DNA of 64,000 nucleotides from Veleropilina oligotropha (Eukaryota): NCBI GenBank assembly GCA_048128005.1, contig JBEUKZ010000102.1, positions 1 to 64,000 of the forward strand, read 5' to 3'. Shown piece by piece: positions 1 to 12,993 of this stretch (position 1 is its first letter; each line of letters starts with the position of its first letter). The notes under the pieces were generated by a model. It saw only the letters and a program-made list of their open reading frames with translations, ran no database searches and was not told where the DNA came from. The position numbers and the translations under genes were made by a program.

Positions 1-212
1 TATATATATATATATATATATGTTGTTGGACATCAGGGCCGTAGCTAGAAATTTTTAGCTGGGGGGGCAAAGTCATGCGTGCACTGTAGATTTCAGCCTA
101 GGTCAACGATACGCGGCGGTGACCTTAAGTTCCCCGCCGCGTAGAAAAAAATGCTTTTCCCACTCTGAAATGGCCTCACCTGGGTTATGAGAGAGCAAAA
201 GTATATACTAGT

Positions 213-732
<520 letters not shown>

Positions 733-1086
733 TGATTATGTTCCGTAACCGGCGGAGGCGAGTGGGTACACGTGTATAGTAATATACTAGTATTAATGAA
801 TCTAATAAAATACAAGAGAGAAAAGTTGTTTAATAAAACATCATTCAGTTGTATGACGTTATGTACACCATACAGGCAATTACATGTTTTCACAGATTAC
901 AATTCAATTATACATATAATTGCGTTTTGAATTAAACAAAATTTATGGCAATACGCTTTAAACTTTTCTCCAATTAGTCTTTTTTGCGTGTACTTCTTCT
1001 GGGCTGGGAATAAACTTTGTTCCTCTGTGGATCAACATCATTGCAAGCCCACATAGCCGTTCTTCTGCCATATATACTTAATTATG

Positions 1087-1561
1087 TAGTCTTAGCATCT
1101 AGATAATTATGTGGTTACATAGATAATATAATATTATCTAGTTAGCGACATACATCGTCGTTTTGCGTAAGTGGATATCTCGATCGAAAATCTATGCAGT
1201 TTAAGTTCGCCAAACTGCCATCGACATCCACATACACTTCGGTTAATTTGACGGCGTTAGGTGAAGTATCATCGTTGACGGGACCACGAAGATGGGATGG
1301 CGATCCCCCTACAGTAGTTATAAAGTTTCATTTGGTGGGTCACATATTTTGAAGTACAATTTATTTTAAGTATTAGATAACGTATGTGGCATGCAGATGG
1401 CACTTCCGCGCGTCGCGTCGATATTTTTAAGGAAATATATTTAACGCAAAGCATTTCGTATGTCGCTAAGTGGATATTTTTTCTATATATCGACATATTT
1501 ATGTGACTATAAGTAGATAAAATATGTATATAACCACTTAATTATCTAGATATAAAGACTA
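1087..1561. mobile_element. Nested MITE with imperfect TIRs (TAGTCT...AGACTA)
   Basis: tagtcttagcatctagataattatgtggtt at 1087 versus aaccacttaattatctagatataaagacta ending 1561. Confidence 0.55.
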
Positions 1562-2372
1562 GGGGACTAAAAGAGAAGTGAGCGGCAATAACACTGTTAT
1601 TGTGCTCTTATTTTTATAAGTTATTAACCGGTGGTTCCTTTAGGAACTGGCCTGCTAAAACACCGACGAGGAATTTTTTGAATTTGGGGTGCTAAGAGAC
1701 CACCTGTCCTGCAATATGAAGTCCAATAATAATATTATTGGGTGATATTATATGACATTATGATAAAAAATGTAAGTGCCCAAATCTGAGTGGGGGGGCA
1801 ACTGCCCCCCCTGCCCCCCCGCTAGCTACGGCCCTGGACATACCTGAATATATATGGAATCACAATGGAATCGATGCGCATAGCAGCCAAAGGGTAATTT
1901 TCGGTGACAATGATAGGTGCAAGGACAAAGTTGGCGCAATTTGGACATGGCTGATGGCAATGACACGTTACTGTCCTGCCAAATCAAAATTTAAGATCGT
2001 TTGATCTGCAGCCGCTGGCAGCATAATGGAGAAGGTCATGTATGGGCACCGCACGGTTGTTCAAAACCATACTGTAGATTGTATTGGTGGTCTATATATT
2101 ATACGTAGTGGCTGATATTATGTAGGAATGGCGATGTGGACCTTATCCATTTTGGACCAAGTGATGATGCCGGTCGTCTTCTTCGCTCTTCGATGAAGGG
2201 ATAAATGTGTTCCATCATATTGTCAGTGATGCAATCTGGATGTTCTTTCTTTGAAGCGACCTCGGCTGGTGAGTGGTTAGAGCTCTAGACTCTCAACCAA
2301 AGTTTTTAGTTGGTCCCGGGTTCGAGGCCAGCGACGGTTCATTCTACCTCTTAAAATAACAAAAGGCATATG

Positions 2373-3751
<1,379 letters not shown>

Positions 3752-4014
3752 TATATATTTCTGTCAGATCAAAGTGACATCTTAAACCGGGTGTCCCGAC
3801 TGCGATACTCCTGAAAAATTGCCAAAAGTGATGGTAAACCACTGTTGCCAACCAACAAATTTTCTTTTCTTTGACGACGTTGCGTACTGCAAGAGCGAAT
3901 CGGAAGATTGTTCATTAGCATAGGCGTATTCAAGGTGTTGGGCGAATGAGTGATCATATAGGCCTATATGTACACGATAGTTCCTTTGTTTATATAAAAA
4001 ATCGTACGTTGCTC

Positions 4015-4340
4015 ATTAATAACAATAATAATAATCCGGTCTTATATAGCGCATTATTACGCTAGTGTCTCAATGCGCTGAACATTATTACCCTGGTTAT
4101 GGGCGTGTTCCACTCGATATGCCATCTCAACTCCCTCTGGGAGCATTACAGTTATTTACACGCGGGTAGCGCCGTGACTTACGTAACTGCCAACCAGGTA
4201 CCCATTCAGATCGGCTCGTTGAACCGAGGCAAATATATGCTTATTTCCTTGCCCAAGTGAAATCGCCGAGCTTTGGGGGCGAACTCGAGACTCTGTGACC
4301 AGAGTCCTGTGAACAACCCACTGAGCCACGACGGCACATA
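4015..4340 (-). mobile_element. tRNA-derived SINE, family B (Deu/Nin-like central domain, (ATT)n tail)
   Basis: Minus-strand head GCCGTCGTGGCTCAGTGG (A-box-like), TTGGGCAAG...AATGGGTACC core and ATT tail. Second copy at 54684-55007. Confidence 0.7.
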
Positions 4341-5458
4341 AAACCCACATATGGCTCGTCTTGTCATCATCATGGATGTGATGTGTTGACCAAGGGTATC
4401 CAGTTCAGATCGATGATGAAAGAAATACCCAGGCAAGGACTGCTGTCTGTGAAATTGAAGACTCATGTTCGTACCTGATAGAATATACAGATGTGTGGCA
4501 GGTTAATTTTGATATAAGGCGAAAGACATATGCCAGGGTTTTAGATAATCCAGAGTTTGTTGTAGATTTGTCCAATCACGTGACAGTTATGTCCATGTAT
4601 AGGCTATCGCACACTAATTTCTCTGATGTTGGCTATATAATTATATAATAAACAAAAGTGACCCGAGGACGATGCTTTGTGGAGCTCCGGAAAACCTCTT
4701 TCGTGTTAGTTAAATTAGCTCGGAATTATTGGATCCAAATCTCATTCCTTGCGCCTCTTATACAGAAATAGCCGATCATGTTGGGGAGTCCGAGGCTCCG
4801 GTCGAATTTCAGCCTTGCTGATATCAAGGACTGTCCTGCTAACTTGTGGGGTATCAGGCGCCCCCCCCCCCTAAAGCTGGTCAAGCATACTAAAATAATA
4901 AGTATAATCTGATACAAATGACTTTCAGAACATTATAAATAGATCTACCCCAAAATACTAAAGTTGAATTGTATTACTATTAGCTTTTGCAATGCAATAA
5001 TGCAGGAGGGGGGGATTTCACACCAGTAATTGTCAAAATTCGATTATGACAAAATAAAATAAAAATTTGACTCGTGCTATTTGAGTGACAGTAGTTCATA
5101 AAAAGTTAGAATGAAATATCGCTTTTGCGAGTGCAGGAGAGGGGGTGTCAGGCTGTTGATTGACAAAATTTTCTTTCGCGTGAGGCCCCGCCCCCACGCG
5201 AACAGTTGATAGTAAAATCGGCCCGCCCCCTAACTTGAACAAAATTCCTGGATCCGCGCCTGGGTATTATGGGTATCTGTGTGCTCCGAGGCTTTACGGG
5301 AGATGATGCGCTCTAGCACCAACATGTAATGGTCATAATTAAAGACAGTGGCATGTATCTGACGGCATATTATTTCGTATACGCAATATTTGTTTTCATT
5401 CAGTCTACTGGCCGCTCCGGTAGCCAAGTGAAAAAAGGGGCAAATTCTGAATTCATTC

Positions 5459-5660
5459 AGCAGCAGGGGGGGTGAATGCACTTTTTAGAATGGGAAAATA
5501 AGGCTCCCAGCACTATTTCAGAACTGAGCTGGTAGTACTGGGGGGGGGGGGACTAGGGAGTTAGGGGGGGGGGGCAGGGGCCCGGGGGTGGGGGCTCCCA
5601 GCCCTATTTCAGACCTGAGGGTATAGCGTGTATTACAAAAAGTCACCGTGTGTACAGAGC
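5459..5660 (+). repeat. Left terminal inverted repeat of the Polinton-like element
   Basis: AGCAGCAGGGGGGGTGAATGCACTTTTTAGAATGG...AGTCACCGTGTGTACAGAGC is the reverse complement of 20521-20708, apart from G-run lengths and a few substitutions. Confidence 0.95.
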
Positions 5661-6210
5661 AGGTAGCTTATGATAGTCTATGTGTCAATGGTATTGTGTC
5701 AATGGTGTATTCATAGCCCGTGGCTGACCTATTGATCTCATTCTCGAGAAGTTGTATTGCCACGTGACAATGACTTAGCTCAAAAGCTGCCATGTCAGCC
5801 AAAAAGCTGTAACGAATTTTTTTTCTGGTAGCTGAATCTTGTGAAATCAAAACATTGGTTACCGATTTCTCGCTGACATGGCAAATCTGGAGCGAATCTC
5901 TTTTTATCTGTGCCACGATAAATGCATTTCACAAAATCGATTTTTAACGGGGTCAGCCTAGCTGCTTGTGAGCGAGAGTAACAATGGAACAATAGGCGCG
6001 ACGAGATATTTGTAAAGACATGGCATAGCCAGGTATTTCTAAAGGCGAAGTCATTGCGGGCAGGGGGAATCCCCGAGATACGCGAAGCGAAACGCTATGA
6101 ATAGGCTGTACTGGATAGTCAACAATAGACAGCCGGCCGGCTATTCATATAACAGCTGCTTGGGAATACTGAAAATATAGTTTAAGGCAAGATAATTCAC
6201 AAGCAGCTGT

Positions 6211-6629
6211 TTATATAAATATATAGTTGCCCGATGTTAAAGTGCAATTACAGGGTGAGTGATGTCCGACTTTTCTCCACGCACCGAAGCAGCCAGACAG
6301 CATGGTGTAATACTCCCCATTTTTGCCAGGACATAGGGAGGGGGCCGAACACTGGACACATGTGACAGTATCTGGGGGTGTGGCAGGGCGACAGTCATTC
6401 TCTCCGATAACATAGTAGTGACACGATTGTGGGGATACCTCAGCGGGGGGGGGGGGTCTCGTAGCAGGTTCCTCCGCAAGGGGTCGAGTCGTATGTTATA
6501 CCTGGGATGATTTCGGTACCTAGCCCACGTATGTTCGAGAATTAATGCAGTGTCGTGTCTCGACGCCTGGGTAGAGACACCCCCTAGGCAGCACACCGCG
6601 GCAATGCACAGAAGTAGCATGGATTTCAT
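6211..6629 (-). CDS. Putative secreted cysteine-rich small protein (frameshift in a 12-nt homopolymer at 6445-6456)
   Basis: Signal-peptide-like N-terminus MKSMLLLCIAAVCCLGGVSTQA. After the C-run an alternative frame reads PAEVSPQSCHYYVIGENDCRPATPPDTVTCVQCSAPSLCPGKNGEYYTMLSGCFGAWRKVGHHSPCNCTLTSGNYIFI* (8 Cys). Confidence 0.55.
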
Positions 6630-6711
6630 GGTTGTCCAGATATCACTGTCGATTTCTAGCTTTAATACGGGGGAGGAGGGGGGTAGTCGTGGCTACGCTC
6701 AACCTGGATAG

Positions 6712-7344
6712 TTAGTCGCCAGCTCCGATTTTTTTCAGCAGCTCTGCACGACCCTCTAAACGACCACGCTCAATAAGCTCGCTCTGGGTCTGTGAAATCG
6801 CGGTGTGCGCCTTCCTACTCTTATCCCGAATTGATGCCTTCATGGCTTGGTATTTCTCCATCTCCCCTGTGACCAGTTGGAATTCATCATCAGACATCAC
6901 CCCGTCCGCTAAGGCCTTTGAGACGTGGTCGGTTATGGTATTCAGCTTGCTGTCGGCCAGTACTCTGATCTCGTCGTGCTTTTTAGCCTTCACCCCGAGG
7001 CGGCGGCTGATATATTTTCCACCCATGCTAGCGAGCCCACACCCTAACGCCGCTAGTTCCAGCACTAGGACAACAGGTGCGGCAACGATTGTGGACAGTA
7101 GTCCGATGCCGGCGCTACCCATACCTAGGGTGGCGACGACCAGGCCGTTATCTATCCCGTCAACGACATTAAAACCTCTGCGGTACTTCTTGTACAATGC
7201 AGCTCGTGTGTCCCTCTCTCGTTCCAGCTGTCCCTGGATTTCATTCACTTTCTGTAGTCGGAAAGACTGTGCCTCCGGCAGTTCCGAAAGCACATCGCCT
7301 CCAATCTGTGGGTACAGCGTTGGCGCTGAGGGTTTGTTGTCCAT
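6712..7344 (-). CDS. Polinton/adintovirus-type helical membrane-active protein (hydrophobic hairpin plus coiled coil)
   Basis: 210 aa with ATG start. Gly/Ala-rich hydrophobic hairpin GLVVATLGMGSAGIGLLSTIVAAPVVLVLELAALGCGL followed by KKHDEIRVLADSKLNTI...ALADGVMSDDEF. By recall it resembles a conserved ORF of animal Polintons. Confidence 0.75.
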   Translation of the reverse strand: MDNKPSAPTLYPQIGGDVLSELPEAQSFRLQKVNEIQGQLERERDTRAALYKKYRRGFNVVDGIDNGLVVATLGMGSAGIGLLSTIVAAPVVLVLELAALGCGLASMGGKYISRRLGVKAKKHDEIRVLADSKLNTITDHVSKALADGVMSDDEFQLVTGEMEKYQAMKASIRDKSRKAHTAISQTQSELIERGRLEGRAELLKKIGAGD

Positions 7345-7727
7345 TACACGTGGCTGTATCTGTATTGTTCAGCCTGTTGATTCCGAATGTCTACCGTGAC
7401 GGTAACGTTCAAATACAGAGTGCCAACCCACGGGGCCTTGATGGTGAAGGCGAGGGACAACTTGTCCGAATCCAGACCAAGGCTATTTATGGAACACGCT
7501 TTGGGGGCACCCCCGGCCGGCTGGACCGGCGTCAGGTGGATCATTAGAAGGGCTGGGTTCAACCCAAACCGACCTCCAATGTTTGGAATCGTGAACTCCC
7601 TCCTCGCCAGCCCCTTCTTGGGTGCTTCCCCACAACTAAGAACGAAGTGCCACTGGGTCGCTGAAGAGGGCTCATCTGCAAGCAGGGGGAGGAGGGGGAG
7701 GGTGGTCCCATAGATGCTGGTGCTCAT
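7344..7727 (-). CDS. Hypothetical viral protein, 127 aa
   Basis: ATG overlaps the upstream stop (ATGA) and its TAA overlaps the next ATG (TAATG), which supports a real gene in a coupled array. Confidence 0.65.
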   Translation of the reverse strand: MSTSIYGTTLPLLPLLADEPSSATQWHFVLSCGEAPKKGLARREFTIPNIGGRFGLNPALLMIHLTPVQPAGGAPKACSINSLGLDSDKLSLAFTIKAPWVGTLYLNVTVTVDIRNQQAEQYRYSHV

Positions 7728-8431
7728 TGTATCTCGAGGACTGCGGAAATAGGCATACCGTGATTGTCGAGCGGGTTACCATCTGGGTCTGTGATGTATA
7801 CCTTCAATTCTGTGATTAGCCCGGCCTGCAGTCGCCGGAGGGCTGGATAACTGTGGTAGTGGGCAGCTTCGCCGAAGATCTGCGACGTTATGGGGACCAC
7901 CGCGAGAATATTGCTTGGGGCGCCGTCCTTCACGTTGTGTGTTGTACTGAGCTGCTCCAGGTGGACGTGTAGGGTCGCTGCGATGGCAAACCCGACAGGC
8001 TTGTTCCCATCATACGTCCCGGGGGGTAGCCATTGCGGCTCATCTGCAGGCTTGTTCTTGTCATAAGTCATAAGTAGCCACCACCCTGCAAGGGTGAAGC
8101 CGAGGAGCTTCTGTATATCGGCGCTGATCGCGAGTCGAGTCCCCTCTGGAACCACGACTCGGGCGAGTCCTGTAGCACGGCTTACATCTAGCTGTATGTT
8201 AACTAGCGACCTCCTCATAGTCTTGGCGAGGGCATCGAAGCTGTAGAAACCCGGTGCCACCTCGACCTTGGTATTGGGGGTTTGGAAGAATGCTCCGGCG
8301 TGCACGTTGTGCCAGCCAACCCAATAGTCGAGCGACTGCAAGCTGACACATAATTTGCCTTCCCGGTTATCAATCGGCTCCAGGAGGGCAACCGCGGTCC
8401 CCTCTTGAACACTCGTTAATGTGTGAAACAT
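7724..8431 (-). CDS. Minor capsid protein (penton-like, single jelly roll)
   Basis: Beta-rich ~235 aa from the ATG at 8431. Motifs YWVGWHNV, PGFYSF and C-terminal LKVYITDPDGNPLDNHGMPISAVLEI are typical of Polinton minor capsid proteins. Confidence 0.75.
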   Translation of the reverse strand: MFHTLTSVQEGTAVALLEPIDNREGKLCVSLQSLDYWVGWHNVHAGAFFQTPNTKVEVAPGFYSFDALAKTMRRSLVNIQLDVSRATGLARVVVPEGTRLAISADIQKLLGFTLAGWWLLMTYDKNKPADEPQWLPPGTYDGNKPVGFAIAATLHVHLEQLSTTHNVKDGAPSNILAVVPITSQIFGEAAHYHSYPALRRLQAGLITELKVYITDPDGNPLDNHGMPISAVLEIQ

Positions 8432-8435
8432 AGCT

Positions 8436-9710
8436 ATGGCTAAGAGCGCCTTTGCTTTCAATAGGAGTGCGGCCTATTCGACCAGTGTGGTGTACCCAGC
8501 CCGGATCAAAGATGAGCAGCTTACGAGACCAAGCATCAATGTGGGTAATAGCTCAACCACTGCATTCGGGGCAGACTACCCCGACGTCTTCCAAAAGTAT
8601 CGCCTCGCAAATGTCGCGAGTGATCGAGTGATCCAGGCCTGGCACAGTACGCCGATGTGATTTTGGCAGAACAAGGTCAATTTCGCCGTCTGGTGTGCCA
8701 CAACAGGTTCCGGGATCTCCTCAGAGGACCACTTGAATGCGACCGACCCCCTCTCCAGAGCCGTATTCACCTTCCACGTCTACTATCAGGTCAGAAGGAT
8801 CTTGACCGAGATTCAGGCCCCGCTGCCACAGGACCGGACGTGGGACGCCTTCGACAACCCGTATGACCGAAGGGCATATGAGAAGATCTGCAGCAAATTC
8901 GGAGTGTCCCCACATACCGACTGGCGTGTCAAGGGTCCCAACGGCGGACTAGGCACCGCTTACAGCTACTGGACGAACAACGGCTACCACCCCATCGGAC
9001 GTGAGTATGATCCAAGCCGAATGTCCTTCACCAAAGGTACGACCAACACGAATCTGCACGTGGACTACATCGCGCAAGCGCCTGCGCTTAAAAACGGTTG
9101 GGCTACTTTTATTCTGGACAGGTCGGTGGGATTCACGAGGGCCGGCGTGGAAAGGCTCAATGATTCCATCAGGACCTACGTCTGGGCTATTCTTGGAGTG
9201 CAGGCTCAAACGCGTGCAAGTATTCTGGGTAGTGGGACGGCGTTTGACGCACAGAAACAGTTCCTGGCGAACGTCGAAGACGCAATCGCATCGCCAGTGG
9301 ACCTCCCAGCAGCCATCAAACGGTACCAAGAGGTGCTCCAGTATGCGAGGTCCAAAGTGGACTTCGTATTCGGCGTTGGCCTGTACATGGCGCCAAGTAA
9401 CATGCTTCTACGGATCGGGCAGGTGGCTGGTTATAACAATGAGATCGTCGTCGCCACGGAAGACCAGACACTCGGTCTTAATATGACTGTCAATGCGGCC
9501 AGTGTGCCGCTCAACGCCACTGGGGGTACTGGAGAAACAGGACTGGTTATTCCACAAGACGCAGATGCAAGCATACCGGTAGTCACTCTGAAGCATCTAA
9601 ACGCTTCGCCGGCAGCTGTTCCAGCCGGGGTTGCCTCACATGACGAGGAGAAAACCGCACTTATCGTGGGCGGCATTGTCGTTGGCCTAGCGTTCATTTG
9701 GCTCACTTGA
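8436..9710 (+). pseudogene. Viral protein with C-terminal TM anchor, interrupted by an in-frame TGA at 8658-8660
   Basis: ORFs 8436-8660 and 8733-9710 share a frame and read through as ...HSTPM*FWQNKVNFAVWCATTGSGISSEDHLNATDPL...; ends in ALIVGGIVVGLAFIWLT. Confidence 0.75.
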
Positions 9711-10997
9711 CCCACTGTCTAGCGGCAATAAGAAGCAAGCCCCCAACTGATATAATCACAGCCCACAGATTCTCGGCGAGCCACGACGCAGTCTTGCCAA
9801 CCAGATTGATTAGCCAGGAAATCAGGCTTCCAATCATGCCGGGGAGTGCGGCTGCGGCCTTCCCCGCTAGTTTGCCCAGAATCCGACACAGGTTCTGCAG
9901 CTGCTTTTTGACCCACTCCTTGACCCCCCCTGACCACTGGGAGGTGGTGGTGCGATGCTCGGCGCTCCGCCTGTCAGGGCTAGTACCAAAGTCGAGATGG
10001 CGAGCCCGATAGCGGTCAGTATTGTTGCGATCGTAACCCCCTGCTCGCGAAATAGGGTCCGGATACGCTCGGCCAGCATTGTGTCAGAGTGGAGAATCCG
10101 ATTTAGCATCTCTCGGATCCGGCTGATTTGAGAGCGAAGGGCTTCCCGGCTTGATGAGGCTGCCTCGAGGCGAGCTGCTCTCTCGTCATGTAAATTGCGC
10201 AGACGTTCCGCGATCCATCGACGGACGAACTCATCCACACCGCCCTCTTCATCTGCCTGATCGAGCTTGCTCTTCTCCAGCTCTATGTGTTCGTCCAGCG
10301 CCGTTAGTTTGGCTAAGTTGTTCGTGAGCTCGCCTCGAATGGTCTGCATCGCCTTGTCCAGCCCACGAAGCTCACGAAGATTGAATGGAGGGGGGTCCCC
10401 CTCCACAACAGAGTTCAAGAACTCTTGAACCTCGGCGTCGGTGAACGTCGTCTCCATGTTGTGGATCGCTTCTGAGGCCTTAGTCGCAGTCTGCCCCAAG
10501 TCCCGCAGTTCCACGTTGTCGACATTGGCGGCCGCACCGCTCAACTCATTGTTGGCTGTCTGAAATGCCGCAACCGCTTTTGAGGACATCTTCTGTCCCC
10601 CTTTCCCCCGCTTCTCTGGCCGCGTCCATGCTTCGAATCCCAACCCTTTTCTGATCGCTTTACCCCCACCTCTCCGGTTAGCTAGTGTTGACAAAGCATT
10701 GGGTTTTTTCGATCTAGAATTGATGAGATCGATGTTTGGATATTTCTTCAGCCGCAATCCCTCCCCCTCCACGTACTCGAACTGGGAATAATCACGCCAC
10801 GTAGGCAAGGTCTGCCCCTCCTCCGACAGGGCTTTGTAGTAGTCATCAACCGCGTCCTTCACGAACTCTTGCCGCTGACTGCTGGTTCCTTCCTGTGGCC
10901 GTTCCGAAAGAACAGGCTCAATCCAGTCCGTGGATCCAACCTCACCATCATCGTCGATGATGTCGGGCTCGAATGTGGGGTTCTCAAATTCCGCCAT
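9703..10997 (-). CDS. Coiled-coil protein with multi-TM C-terminus (frameshift at G7 run, 9924-9930)
   Basis: 376-aa ORF with long heptads and TM ITIATILTAIGLAISTLVLAL-like segment. One extra G continues it as GVKEWVKKQLQNLCRILGKLAGKAAAALPGMIGSLISWLINLVGKTASWLAENLWAVIISVGGLLLIAARQWVK* (stop 9703-9705). Confidence 0.75.
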
Positions 10998-11039
10998 ATG
11001 AATACACCGGGGGGGTACGCATCTAATTCAGACAACAAC

Positions 11040-12344
11040 ATGGCCAGCATGTATGGACGCACGTTGAATCCATACCGCAGACTTCGAGAGCCTCTTGGGG
11101 TGAAAGGGGTCCGCCAGTCGGTCACCATAACGAACAACCCCTCCACGATCGCTGCCAACCAGCCGCTGTTGGTTCGGTTCCCGAATCTCGGGACTCACGA
11201 CGTAATCGTGCCAGGGACTGCCCACCTCGCATTCACCATTTCTCTGACCTCGGCTAACCCGAACAGAACTGTAGTTCAGAATATCGGACGCGTCGTGGTC
11301 AAGAAAACCACGATAAAGATTAGTGGGAACGAAGTCATGTCTATAGATGACTCCGACGTGTACCACTGCTACTGCGATCTCTGGAAGACCGCAGGGGAGC
11401 GCAAGAATGCCCAATATCAGGGTATTGATACCAGAGACAGCCACAACACTACGAAGAACCGTGTCGGCGCTGAGGGCGCATTCAGACGTTCTGAGGACAC
11501 GGCCATCTCGGACGCGTATGGTAATAGGTTTCGCATCCCGCTGGACTTCGAGTTGCTGGAGAGCCACATGCCGTTCTACCAAAGTGCGTTGGGGGACCGT
11601 CTTGAGTACGAGCTTACGTTCAACGACTACTCCCGGACAATCAGGGACACCGATGACCCCAGCTCCAGCTACGTCATCGACAATATCAGCCTGGAATACG
11701 ACATGGTCACTAATCTTGAGCTTGCCAGATCGATAAAAAACCAATACTCGGGCCGCCTCGTGATCCTTTACGATCGTGTCCTGCGGCATCGTAAGATTAC
11801 GAGAGACAAGAGTGACACTTTGTGGAATTTAAATTTGAATGTACCGGCGAAATCCATGAAGGGTATCCTACTTCTGTTCGAGGATCCCGCGAGAGACGCC
11901 GTACCATTCGCGAGGGACACCGAGGCCTTCTACAATCCGAAGATCACGAAGGTCGAGGTCACCAATGAGGGTGTGCCGAATCAACTATACAGCCAGGGCA
12001 TGCGTTCCTACCAGATGTGGGACGAAGCCAGGAGATTCTTCGCCTCCTCTCCGATCAGCAAACGCCATCCTGAGGTCGCGATGGTTGCCAAGGACTTGGC
12101 ACTGGCCGACGTGACCCTGGGCGAGTTTCTGACGAAAAAGTTCGCACTCTGGATCGACCTGCGCGTAACCGACGACGACGAGCTGCATAGGTCAAGCCGG
12201 AAAGTAGATAACGCCAGCGAGGGCATTACGATTCAGATCACGAAGACAGGCGAAGCCGCCGGCCCGTTGAACGTCTACATGTTCGTGATAATGGACGCGC
12301 AGCTGCATATTGAAAATGGCCGATTTGTCACCGCGCTGTACTAG
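11040..12344 (+). CDS. Major capsid protein (putative double jelly roll)
   Basis: ~434-aa beta-rich ORF (alternative in-frame ATG at 10998) directly upstream of the packaging ATPase. Size, position and N-terminal NNPSTI...LLVRFPNL...VPGT...F pattern fit Polinton/PLV MCPs. The fold is inferred. Confidence 0.75.
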   Translation: MASMYGRTLNPYRRLREPLGVKGVRQSVTITNNPSTIAANQPLLVRFPNLGTHDVIVPGTAHLAFTISLTSANPNRTVVQNIGRVVVKKTTIKISGNEVMSIDDSDVYHCYCDLWKTAGERKNAQYQGIDTRDSHNTTKNRVGAEGAFRRSEDTAISDAYGNRFRIPLDFELLESHMPFYQSALGDRLEYELTFNDYSRTIRDTDDPSSSYVIDNISLEYDMVTNLELARSIKNQYSGRLVILYDRVLRHRKITRDKSDTLWNLNLNVPAKSMKGILLLFEDPARDAVPFARDTEAFYNPKITKVEVTNEGVPNQLYSQGMRSYQMWDEARRFFASSPISKRHPEVAMVAKDLALADVTLGEFLTKKFALWIDLRVTDDDELHRSSRKVDNASEGITIQITKTGEAAGPLNVYMFVIMDAQLHIENGRFVTALY

Positions 12345-12951
12345 TAGACGGTTCCCCCACCCCAAGGACCCCCACTCCGCGATCATCTGCGGCCAGACCG
12401 GCTGTGGGAAAACGGTTTTCATGCTTGAACTTCTGGAGGGGGAGTACCTAGGAGTGTTCCGACACATCGTCATTCTATGCCCAACGATCAAGTTCAATCA
12501 GGCATACCAGTCTTGTCCGTGGATCTGGACCGACCCTGAGGTGTACTTGATCCCCCCCGGTGAGCGACTCCATGACTGGTTGCGGGGGTTCTACCGGCTG
12601 TTCCAGGGGGAGCCGACTCTGTACATCATCGACGACTGCGCCGCCAGCAAAGCCCTAGCCAAGAGGAGGGATATGTTGACTTTGTTGGCCTTCAGCGGAA
12701 GGCACGCCGAACAGAGCGTATGGGTAGTGACGCAAAAATACAACTCGGTCTTGAAGGAACTCAGAGAGCAGACCCGCTGGGTCGCGCTGTTCCATTGCAA
12801 GGACCGTGACAGTTTCGAGGACTGTCTGCGCGAGAACGATGTTATCTCATCCTGCGACGAGAGAACCGCAGTGCGCCGGCTTTTGGCCGAGACCCGACAC
12901 ACAAAGCTGCTGTTAAAGACCGATCAGCCCGTTGCCTATAGTGTGCTGTAG
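12316..12951 (+). CDS. A32/FtsK-HerA family DNA packaging ATPase
   Basis: Walker A GQTGCGKT, Walker B LYIIDD and the A32-type SGRH...VVTQKY motif. Overlaps the MCP 3' end. Confidence 0.9.
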   Translation: MADLSPRCTSRRFPHPKDPHSAIICGQTGCGKTVFMLELLEGEYLGVFRHIVILCPTIKFNQAYQSCPWIWTDPEVYLIPPGERLHDWLRGFYRLFQGEPTLYIIDDCAASKALAKRRDMLTLLAFSGRHAEQSVWVVTQKYNSVLKELREQTRWVALFHCKDRDSFEDCLRENDVISSCDERTAVRRLLAETRHTKLLLKTDQPVAYSVL

Positions 12952-12993
12952 CATCTACCAGCATCTACCTAGCAGCTACTTAGCTAGCTAGGC

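Noticed and set aside
5668..5992. Two short minus-strand ORFs just inside the left TIR
   Set aside because: No ATG starts, no motifs and stops in all frames; possibly a decayed gene but not supportable.
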